DNA of 64,000 bases from Basidiobolus meristosporus CBS 931.73 (lineage: Eukaryota; Fungi; Basidiobolomycota), in NCBI GenBank assembly GCA_002104905.1, contig MCFE01000034.1, positions 124,001-188,000 on the forward strand, read 5' to 3'. A program made the position numbers and the translations under genes. Below, piece after piece: positions 21,353 through 31,123 of this stretch; positions within the stretch are counted from its first letter, which is position 1; the number at the start of each line of letters is the position of its first letter. The notes beneath the pieces are model-generated. The model was not told the origin of the DNA and did no database searches. It worked only from the letters and a program-made list of their open reading frames with translations.

Positions 21353-22381
21353 TCAGTTCCCTCGGAGTGTTACGCCTCGCAAGATATTTCTAACTTGAAC
21401 TGATCTCTTGTAACTCTTGTGACCAGATCCATTGCCACTGTAATCTTTTGTATCGTAACCGCTTCCGCCCCCACCATTTCTGCCGTAATTTCCCTCATGC
21501 TCACCCTCATGGCCGCTACCATTATAGGCCTTAATGTCGTAGCTATTACCGCTACCACCACCGCCATTGCCGCCATAGCTCTCTTCATAATCACCTCCGT
21601 GACCACCACCACCGTTACCGCCATAGCTTTCCTCATTGTCGCCTCCGTGACCACCACCATTACCGCCATAGCTTTCCTCATAGTCGCCATCATGACCACC
21701 GCCATTTCCGCCGTAGCTATCATCGTGATCACCTCCATAATCTCCAGTATCGTAGCTGTCGCCTCCACCGCCTCCACCATTACCGCCATAGCTCTCTTCA
21801 TGATCGCCTCCATGGCCACCGCCGTTACCTCCGTATTCCTCGGTGTCATAGCTACTTCTACTGCCGCCACCTCCGTTACCACCATAGCTCTCTTCGTAGT
21901 CTCCTCCATGGCCACCACCATTACCGCCGTAGCTCTCTTCATGGTCACCTCCATAATCATTGGTGCCATAGCTATCACCACCTCCGTTACCACCATAGCT
22001 GTCGTCGTAATCTCCACCATCGCCACCGCCATTTCCACCGTAGCTCTCTTCATGGCCTCCTTCATAATCACCTTCGCCACCACCACCATTACCACCGTAG
22101 CCCTCTTCATGATCGCCTCCATAGTCCTTAGTATCATAGCTATTACCATTACCGCCACCACCATTTCCACCATAATTGTTTCCATTGGAATCATAGCCGC
22201 CGCCTCCACCGCCCCCATTTCCTCCATGATTACCAGTATCGTAGGAGCCACCGTGGCCATTTCCTCCGCCAGAATAGTCTTTGACGTCGTAACCTCCAGC
22301 CCCATTTCCGGAATGATCACCAGTGGGTAGGGCAGAGATGGAAGCGATGTAAAGCAGAGTTGTCATAAGTGTCACCTTCAT
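21353..22381 (-). CDS. Secreted Gly/Asp/Tyr-rich repeat protein, copy 8 (342 aa, most divergent)
   Basis: MKVTLMTTLLYIASISA-LP. GG[DE][HY]EESYGGNGGG repeats. Ends GHKSYKR-SVQVRNILRGVTLRGN. TATAAAAG at about 22446-22453, AATAAA at 21173-21178. Confidence 0.88.
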   Translation of the reverse strand: MKVTLMTTLLYIASISALPTGDHSGNGAGGYDVKDYSGGGNGHGGSYDTGNHGGNGGGGGGGYDSNGNNYGGNGGGGNGNSYDTKDYGGDHEEGYGGNGGGGEGDYEGGHEESYGGNGGGDGGDYDDSYGGNGGGDSYGTNDYGGDHEESYGGNGGGHGGDYEESYGGNGGGGSRSSYDTEEYGGNGGGHGGDHEESYGGNGGGGGGDSYDTGDYGGDHDDSYGGNGGGHDGDYEESYGGNGGGHGGDNEESYGGNGGGGHGGDYEESYGGNGGGGSGNSYDIKAYNGSGHEGEHEGNYGRNGGGGSGYDTKDYSGNGSGHKSYKRSVQVRNILRGVTLRGN

Positions 22382-23336
22382 CGTGTCGTATTATTCGCTT
22401 GGATTAGACAATGTTTGAATGTCTTGTTCAGGCACGTACGTGAGGCTTTTATACAAGACTATCTCCATCATTAGCAAGAGATCCGGTGGTTGAGCATAGG
22501 GGCCATTCAGTTTGGGCATGCATGGTTTGTGGGAGCGCACCTTTCCTTGGATCTTCACCATGTCTGGACACCATTATCTTGGCATATGCATCATGACCCT
22601 ACTGGCTTGTATGGAATGTAACTTTGATTGGATTTCCTATTCGTAATCGATTGTTTTCGTAAAGGGTGCCCCTTTCATCTTCGTCGATGTGGATGAAATG
22701 AGCCATCTGCAAAATCCCTCGTGTACGGGTCGCAGCATAAAATATATCCCCCTACATCCTGGGGATACAACGAACCACCTTGATATCCAAGCGAGGACAC
22801 TTCCCTTTTGTGGATGTGGTGCTAGATATGGTCAGTGGGAGCCCGTTCAAGTATACCTCGGGCCTCCCGTAATCGCTCATTCGCCTCGACACTACGTGAG
22901 GATCGGCCGACCTGCTGTAGGTCATGTTGCATATCCAGAATAGACGAACACAATAGAGGTATCCTTTTAGCCAGATCAATCACACACATTGCAGAATGCA
23001 AGAACCGGCATTCATTGAATAAATATATGTGAGTGGGATTCATCAAGGGAGTAGGGATTTACCAACCAATAAGCCCAACATGGTATGGAGTTGAAATGCC
23101 TCTTTATATGAAAACTATCAAAATGTATGAGTAATCAATGGAAACCGCCATCGTGAGAATGGGATAAGTAATTGCGGTATGGTTGGATGGTTAACATTGA
23201 ATGGAGATTTTAGGAAGTTGGACTTTCTTTAGTATAGTGTGCAATCAGAACCAAGTTGCTATATGTTCAAGTGTGTTAAGAGACAACGAAAGAAAATGTT
23301 GGACTTCGTCAAATATCTCGTGGAGGATGAAATGCT

Positions 23337-25260
23337 CTACATGAAGCTCATGCCAACGCCTAGCTGGATTCCCTTCTTGAATTGATCAGTGGCGGTGACT
23401 GAGATTGGTAGACACAAGTTGAGTTCTAGGCGAACAAAGGAGTGTCTGTACACAAGACCAGCGCCAACAGCGACACTAGGTGTCTTAACAAGTCGGTTGA
23501 TTGTTTCAGGAACAGGCTTGGCTAAAAATGGTCGACAGGTGAATATTTGGAACTGAATTTGTTACGAAGTAACGTTGACAACACTTACTGATATCGACAG
23601 AGGGAAGTAGGGTACCTCCATTGACGAAAATATGGCCCTTAAGAGCTTCACTTTTGACTTTAGGAAGTGGTGTGTACAGACTTACTCCACCAGACCAGTA
23701 GGCGTCACCACCAAGAGCGTCCTCTGTTAGTGTTGACAATTAACGTGTTAGTAAGGTCAGCTTGGCACCAAGTACAACGTAGCCATCACTTACTTCCATC
23801 TCTAGGGCCAATACCAGCGTATCTAAAACCACGAACAGAAGTAGGCCCACCAAGGAAAAAGCGATCATTGATGTGTGATTTCTCCCCAAACAAGGGCACC
23901 AAGAGCCCACTACGTAAAGAAGAGCTAAGAATCTGACCTCGATGTTAGCATTCAGTCTGTAAAAAAGAACGAGCAAACTTAACTTACAAATCCTCTACCA
24001 AGGCTATAATTGGCTTGAGCCTCGACTTCGTTCTTGACGAAACTAACATCACCACCAGGACCAGCAAATTCCTACATTAAACGGTCAATTAAACACACTA
24101 CGACCTATGCTTATCATCAAAGAATGTACCTGTGCAAGTCTCAGGTAATAGCCATTACTTGGCAAGACAGTGTCATCGCGCCTATCGTGCATGAACACGT
24201 GGGCGATGGAAGATTTTACGGAATGGCCAGCTTCGTTTCTCACACTTGAAGGGACTGCTTAAGTGACCCTGGTAATGTATGTACAGATCGGGCCAACATA
24301 CCTGAGAGAAGCAAGGTCGTCGAGTTTGTGAATCTGTCTCCACACAGTATCGTAGACGAGCTCGTGATAGCCGAAGCGGGAAATACCCTGAGCACGAAAT
24401 TAGTGTGGAAACCAATGGATGGTTGAACAAACCCACTACTTACTCTGAAACGCAATAGTCCGCCACGTGTTAGCTCCTCATGAGAACTATACAGCTTGTT
24501 GTTACGGGATTGTTGATACGCAGTAACATCGACAACTGCATCAGGGTTAGCATTCAAGGGCTTCGATAGAGAGACCTATTCCAGCAAGCGTTAAGGTTGG
24601 GGTGTATTTCGCGCATGTGCACTACTGAATTATTTACCTGGAAAGCAGAACTGGTTCGAGTACCGAAGGAAGCGTTAGCCTCGAATGTTTCTCCAGCGCC
24701 GAATGCGTTCCGGAAGTTGACTGAAGAATTCTTTGGTGGGAAGTTAATGAACATGTGCTATGCTAATCGGAATATTCCCCGTTCGTACCATATTTCCTTC
24801 ACCATCCCCAATCTCAGTTCCGGTCTTGGCCCAGAATCGGCTTCTCTCCTCGACATTAACTAAGATATCGATAGAATCGCGAGGAGCAAAGGGATCCTTG
24901 GCCGCGTCAAAGGTAATATCTACGTCTTTGAAGATCCCCAATCTCTGAAGGCGGCTTCCAGCGACACGTGTATTGCTGATAATCTCGCCCAAGGTTCGGG
25001 ATTTCATGGTCTGTCCAAATACAGTTTCAAATACGCTGGATCTAGTATAGTTTGAGCCATTCACTTCCAAACGGTGAACTTTGTATTCGCTATCTTTGGA
25101 CTCTGATACCTGGTTGAAGAATACTTAGTATATGCCTTTGACTGGCTTGACGTGGTGTAACGAATACCATATCAAAAAGAACACGGGCTGCTCTTTCGTA
25201 CTCTTCTTGAATCCTTTGATTCTCAGCATTTAGCTTTTGTTGCTCTTCTTGGGCCTTCAT
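23337..25260 (-). CDS. SAM50: Mitochondrial outer-membrane SAM complex subunit Sam50/Tob55 (Omp85 family); multi-intron
   Basis: Spliced segments: VHRLEVNGSNYTRSSVFE..RLQRLGIFKDVDI (POTRA), NFRNAFGAGETFEANASFGTRT, GISRFGYHELVYDTVWRQI, INDRFFLGGPTSVRGF, DALGGDAYW, and C-terminal GIQLGVGMSFM-stop. The start ATG is inferred. Confidence 0.9.
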
Positions 25261-27232
25261 TTCCTTGGCCTTTTGGAATAACTATATGAAGACGCAAGTA
25301 AAGTGACGGGTGAACAACTGGGACAGATATAGAGCAACTGAATGGCAAATAGAATTGTAGAAGAAATGAAGAGTCTAGATATGTAAAAATACCCGACCCT
25401 CCTTGAATGCGGAAAGTACAAATAATAGGATAATGTAAGGCTCAAATACCTCGTCATCCTCCATGGTAAACTCCCTGTTCTAAGTGGTGTGTTTCTTGGA
25501 AGTAACCAACTGTGATAGCTTGAATGCTCCAAGCATAACTTACAATAATGGATGCCAATCTTCGGGGTGATTCGAGATGTACCAATGAGTGAGCTTCCTC
25601 CCCCGCTTACCAAAGTTTTCTGGGGACATCCCTCTTTTTTGGTTATTCTTAAACCATCAGTGCTACTGTTATCCATGATGTGTAAAGATATTTTTTTTCG
25701 ATCGCCACCCCACTTTTTTTTGGCCTCACTCAAGTGGGTGGTGTTGAGTGTAGGCCAGTTTAAAGCAAACTGCCAAGTGCATTTTTAAACAAGGTGCTCA
25801 ATATAATCCAAATTTCCTGAAAATCCCATAAAACCAACGGAATGGAATGATTATTTATGTATATTCAACAGTAAAATTCGTTCAAGTTCTAAATAGTGAG
25901 TTTCATAGAATTGAAAGCGGAACACGGGCGACCAGTACAAGAACATTTAACCTCGGGTAAGCTTGCCGTAGATATGAAGGGCAAAAACGGAGGCAATGAA
26001 GACCAGAGAGAGAACAAGAACGACCACGGGATCACTAGATGTAACTGTTAGGACATACACCATAGATAAAGGATTGAAAATGACCTACACTCGAAGCCCA
26101 GGCGCGTCTTCGGAGTACAAGCGCGAAACGTTGGCCGCAGCGGTGTTACGGGAGGCACCAGCCTTTGAGGGATTGGAACGGCTTCTGTTTAATCATTGCG
26201 GGAAACATCAATACACATGTATACACTCAACAAACAAGCTTTACCGTGTTCAAAAGTTTACCTGAGATTACGACCACCAGACTGTCGTAAAGAGTGTATA
26301 GAAACCGTGGAGGGAGCTTTAGTATATCTGGATAACGGGCAAGAGATGATCAAGGCACTTTACCATTATGATGAGCTAAAGAGAATTTAACAAAGAAGGA
26401 TATAGAACTACTTCGAGTCTAACGGAACGTGAAATACTAGTCTATAGCTGACACTGGATCGAAAACTACGAGCAAGGCTCTTGACTCTAGTATCCCTGGA
26501 AAGTATTTACACGAGGGTTGCTAAATAATCACTAGATGTGGCCTGTGTTGATTGGGAGACTGATCTCGGTTGGAAAATGAGAGAAAACACACGTAATTTG
26601 ATTAAGTAAAACCCAAACTTACGGAAATTCTGGCGCCTGACACATATCATTTGCTGTCATCGATGATTGAAATCCAGATGTTTCCAACTAGCAAAAGGTT
26701 AATAAGTAGCCACCATATTAATGAGCGCGGTTGTGACAAGGGGAAGAAACACCAACATTTCTGGTTGGCAATGTTACACTAATGTAATCCAACCCTTCAT
26801 ATGTCACCATTGTTGTTGGCATCGTTGAAATGAGCTTTGCCTCTATATTTCCTATGCCTGGGTCCTAGATCCCACTAATGCTAGGCACGCTATGTAATGT
26901 TGAACTTGCATTCAAGTCAGCCCTTTCATGTCCACAATCAGATACCCGTGATGCTCTGTTCTGCTATTTTTGAGTTGCTTTATTATACTTTTTCTGCAGT
27001 TAATATTTTTATTCGTAACATTGCAGTCCGATTTCTGAAGGGTTTTTGGTGAATTTTTGTCACAAATATCCCGCTCTGACATTAAATATATTTGCTTTGA
27101 TTTCTAAACTTGGACTTGTCCACACTGTATACACTTCATCTCACGAGCAGTCTTCCCACTGATAGTTTTGCTTTCGTATCTCATTATTTGTACAGTTTTA
27201 AATCCACTTGAAGATATTGAAATATTGACATA

Positions 27233-29520
27233 ATGGCTAACCTTGGCCCCAGACCTAGAACTGAGCAAAAGCGCCCTGCTTGGCTTTTGGCAGTTGAAAA
27301 CCGTAAACTTGCTTCCCAAGACTCTGATGAGGATCCAGGTACTTGCCCTTTTCCTTGGTTACCTCCGATGCCTTGGGGCTTCTTTTTGAACGCGCGTCCT
27401 GATGCTTACCTTTACAGCACAAACCTCTCTTAAATTTCTTTCCTACTTAAACAGCAGCGAGAGCGAGGATGACGGTCCTATATTGCCGAGACATAAGTCA
27501 GTATACTTTGTGTTTAGAGAACTATATCCTCTACATTCCCTACAATCTTTACCCTTATTACATGGCGTTGTACTCATTACTCAACGTTTAAAGCACCCTG
27601 AATTACCGACAAGCGCCCCCAGTCAAGAAAACTACCCCTTCAAAGTTACCTGTTCCGTCAAAGCGCTCTACTGAGAGCCCCACAAACAAGGCTAAACTGG
27701 ACCAACCGCTGGAATCCACCAAAACAAAGGAATCTACCGTAGCCTTACAAGCACCTAATGCATCAAGTCGTGGAGGGGAAAAGGGTTTACCGATTCAACG
27801 AAATTCATTTTCAACTGATTCTAGCGTGGATGAGGTCAACACCAGCGGTTTTTCTGGCACACTAGAGGAGCAAACCTCAACCCCTCGCGAGCGAGGGGCA
27901 AGAGTTACCACACTCGCTTCCAGTGTCAAGAAGCCAACTCAGTCGGTGAGTAGTGTGCCGCGTTCCACCACTATGCCAAGAAAACCTATGGAGTCAACCC
28001 CCACCCCTTCACGTACCAGTAAACGACGTACACAGTCACAAATAACAATCGACGTATCGGCTAAACCGGAGACTAGAAGTACCGGCTCTAATCCCGCTAC
28101 TACTGTCCCGAAAACGCCAACTTACAATAAAATGGGGCCTCCAGCTACTAGCACAAGTGCAAGAAACCGTACAGTAAGTTTGACGTCTGCTCCACCCAAG
28201 ACGGCGGTGAACGCTCGTAAACCACCTACGCCAACATCAATGTCCAAGGAGCGCACCTCGCCAACTGCTGTAAGGACGTCGACCACACCCAAGAGAACCT
28301 CAGGTTTACCCACCGGAGCAAGTAGTGTAAGCATACAGTTATTGAAGGAAGAGCTGTCCAAGTATAAAGGCGAGGTTGAGGTGTATAAAAGCCAACTACT
28401 TGATGCGAAAACCCATGAACAAGAAATACTTCAAGCTTTGGAAACAGTTAGCCAGAAGGCCCTAGAGGATAGCGAAAGCTTCCGTCAACACTACGAGGAT
28501 TCGCAATTGGATCTTGAAGCAACTGTGAATTCATTGGAGAGGGATTTGAAGAAAGCACAAGAAGAGAGTTTAGAGAAGGATCAATTGATAGAGTCCCTTC
28601 AGGCGAAGAAAAAAGAGTTTTCAAAGAAAATTTCTGAGCTCCAAGATGAAAACGAACAACTGGACCAGGAACGGGCTACTATTCGTAAAAGCCTTACTGA
28701 TTCGAAGCTTAAAGAGGAACGTACGCTGGAGGATAATTGTTTGCTACAGAGCAAACTAGCCACTATGACTAAGCGATACGAGTGCTCAGAGACCGAGAGC
28801 ACGCATTTAAGAGCACAACTGATGAAGTACCAAACGGAAGAGCAGAGTGAGCTGAGTTATTTGCAAAGAAGATTGAGGGATCTGGAGTTGGAGAATGAAA
28901 GATTACAGGAACGAATTCAATTCTTGACGAGCAATAGAAACGAAGTAGGCCCTCCCTCACACACAGGAAGCTCCAATAATTTTGACCAACAAAGCTATCA
29001 CGGAAACAGGTCCAGAACCCTATCTTTTTACAACAACGACTCTTACTGTTCCAGCACTGTACGCTCTTCTTCACCACCTGCTAATACTCCAACCTCCAAC
29101 AAATACCACCACGCACATTACGGCAATTACTCTGAGCCAGCCACCTACTATCCCGAGTCGGAGCGAAGCTTTGTCGATGATCGCTCTAGTAATTGGGGAG
29201 ATCGCAGCTCGATGCATGGCGACGGCCCAGCCCCCATATACCAGCAAGATTCTCGACGACACACATTGAACACACCTAGTAAGAACAATAGCCTCTTAGA
29301 TCTTTCTTGCTTGTACGCTGAGGATGAAAGCGACTTGGATTTAGACGAGCGTTTGAAATCTTTAACCGATGCTCGAGATCAGATCAATTTCGAATTGGCG
29401 CGCATACCTTCCTCCGGAAATGCTATCGTTAGACGAAGGAAGAACCAGCTAGAAGAGAAGTTGGATGAGGTCGAAGGGCTGCTCCGAGGTGTCAAGATGA
29501 AGATCAAAGCGAGAAAATGA
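27233..29520 (+). CDS. Large Ser/Thr/Pro-rich and coiled-coil protein with an enkurin/MPHOSPH9-like C-terminal helical motif; two 5' introns inferred
   Basis: 564-aa ORF at 27826-29520. Upstream exons MANLGPRPR..DEDP / AQTSLKFLSYLNSSESEDDGPILPRH splice in frame via GTACTT..TACAG and GTCAGT..TAAAG. C-terminus: LKSLTDARDQINFELARIPSSGNAIVRRRKNQLEEKLDEVE. Confidence 0.75.
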
Positions 29521-29744
29521 GCATCCTCATTGAATTCCCACTCTCTTTATTCCATAATTATTACTCATGTTTGAAATATATCTTCACTTAACTAATACAT
29601 AAACATGTCTCATCGAGACTAGACTAATCACGACAAATAATCACTTCCACAGACCAGTGCTCGAAATGGACATCACCAGAAGCGGGTTTATTTACAATAG
29701 CGGTCATATGTACGGGATTTTGGGATATCCGGTTTACACTTTGT

Positions 29745-30743
29745 TTACCGAGTGGAGGGAGCAGTCTTGGGTTTCATGTTGGACTGTATCCAGTCTATTT
29801 GGGAGGCAACCTTCGCGAACACCTAGAACCCAATTTAGCTCCGACCATGTGGCACAAGTATTGAAAATTCACTTACACCAGGGATTTTGGGGCGGCAATT
29901 AGCACCATAGCTGGTGACTCCGACAAGCACCCAGGTTCCATTCCTGTTGACAATCAAAGGGCCGCCACTATCCCCAAAGCATACATCTAGAAGTGAGGAT
30001 ACGTATTATTTGGGCTGGATTCGATACTGGTGAAGGAAAGGGTACTCACTTTTACCGCCTTGTGAAGTGCCAGTGCATATGGTGTATTTCGGATTGAAGG
30101 TGGGTAGACTACTACCGAAGTCCTTCAAGCATACGCTATCGGGCAAGATCTCCATATCAACTATCTGTAGCGTGCTCTGCGGGGAAAAATTGTAACCAAG
30201 CCCCCAACCTATGGCCTTAACCTTTTTACCAAAGGCGACTGCTCCGCCAGTGTCCAGAGCCAGAAACGAGCTTGATTTCGAGGGATTCGCCAATTTTAGG
30301 ATGGCAACTAGAGAATCCAAGATTAATTCAATCTGCCCATTCCTATTCCCCCACGTGGCTGTTCACTTACAATCGTTGATCAACAGTCGTTTGCTCCAGC
30401 CGGGGTGTACCGTAACACTTTGGACGTTGACCACCTCCCCATCCTCTTCAAAGCTTTCCTTCGTTAGGTTATGCCGGTGAAAATGAACTTTGAAGCTGGA
30501 CGGCTTGGCACGCTTCATGATGCAATGTGCCGCCGTTAATACCGTCTCCGGATCCAGCAAACTACAACCACATAAACCGTGCTCCTTGTTGCCATCCTTC
30601 ATGTATATGTAGCCCATCCACGGATAGCTGTACTTGGGCTTTACTTCGCTTCCTCCAAATATTAAGGTTTGCGGGAGGCGCCGGACACCCTCAGTCATTA
30701 TCGTAAGGAACAAGAAGAGAATTAGCTGGGTTATGCTGGTCAT
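29745..30743 (-). CDS. Secreted S1 (trypsin/chymotrypsin-fold) serine protease; three introns
   Basis: Signal peptide, mature N-terminus IFGG, and an intact catalytic triad: TAAHC, IND(F), GDSGGP. Also GVTSYG and PGVF..V..QIDWI. Confidence 0.9.
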
Positions 30744-31123
30744 CCTATGCGATACTGGTCATTCAGGTAGCCAAAGATTTGATCGAAGCAACTCGCTATT
30801 ATATACACAGCCACCAACGAGTCCGAGAGAATCAGCGATTATTTCCGATTTAAAAAACATCCATGAAACGAACGGATCTCGATTCCGTTTCAAACAGTCA
30901 TGCATGTGGCGTGGTTGGAACGAATATCTGTTTGCATTAACTGCATTTATTCATGAAGAACGAACTTCGTTTACAGTAAGAATGGAAGCACTAAAAAGTA
31001 GGCTTCTTGTCAAAAGGGTTTAACTCTAATAAACATTAAGGTGCAGATAACGCGCGGATGAGGGGATAAATAGAAATTACTACTCTGAGCGAAAGTACGT
31101 TGCGAATTCGTGGGTAATGAGGA

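Larger units (their letters stand above)
9137..22381 (-). repeat. Tandem array of eight paralogous secreted Gly/Asp/Tyr-rich repeat-protein genes
   Basis: Eight same-strand intronless ORFs share a signal peptide, the repeat motif and the GHK[SA]YKR C-terminus. Their flanks are duplicated. Confidence 0.95.

Noticed and set aside
9203-22330. Long hydrophobic + strand ORFs (e.g. 9203-10441, 412 aa; 11310-12227; 21419-22330) that look like multi-pass membrane proteins
   Set aside because: They are exact antisense shadows of the Gly/Asp/Tyr codons (GGT/GAT/TAT become ACC/ATC/ATA). They have no independent signal, TATA box or polyA signal, and they vary passively with the sense repeats.
9137-22381. 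Dikaritin/KEP-type RiPP precursor cluster (ustiloxin- or asperipin-like Tyr-containing repeats)
   Set aside because: The repeats are not individually flanked by KR/RR sites, and there is no UstYa/DUF3328, tyrosinase or transporter gene nearby in the window. It cannot be fully excluded if the enzymes are encoded elsewhere.
9137-22381. CRISPR array or bacterial ice-nucleation (InaZ) repeats
   Set aside because: The repeats are in-frame coding units without unique spacers or cas genes. They lack the AGYGSTxTA 16-aa periodicity and TxT motifs of InaZ.
25257-25733. 158-aa minus-strand ORF upstream of SAM50
   Set aside because: It has a non-ATG start, no recognisable motif and atypical composition, and it overlaps the SAM50 start and promoter. 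Likely spurious.
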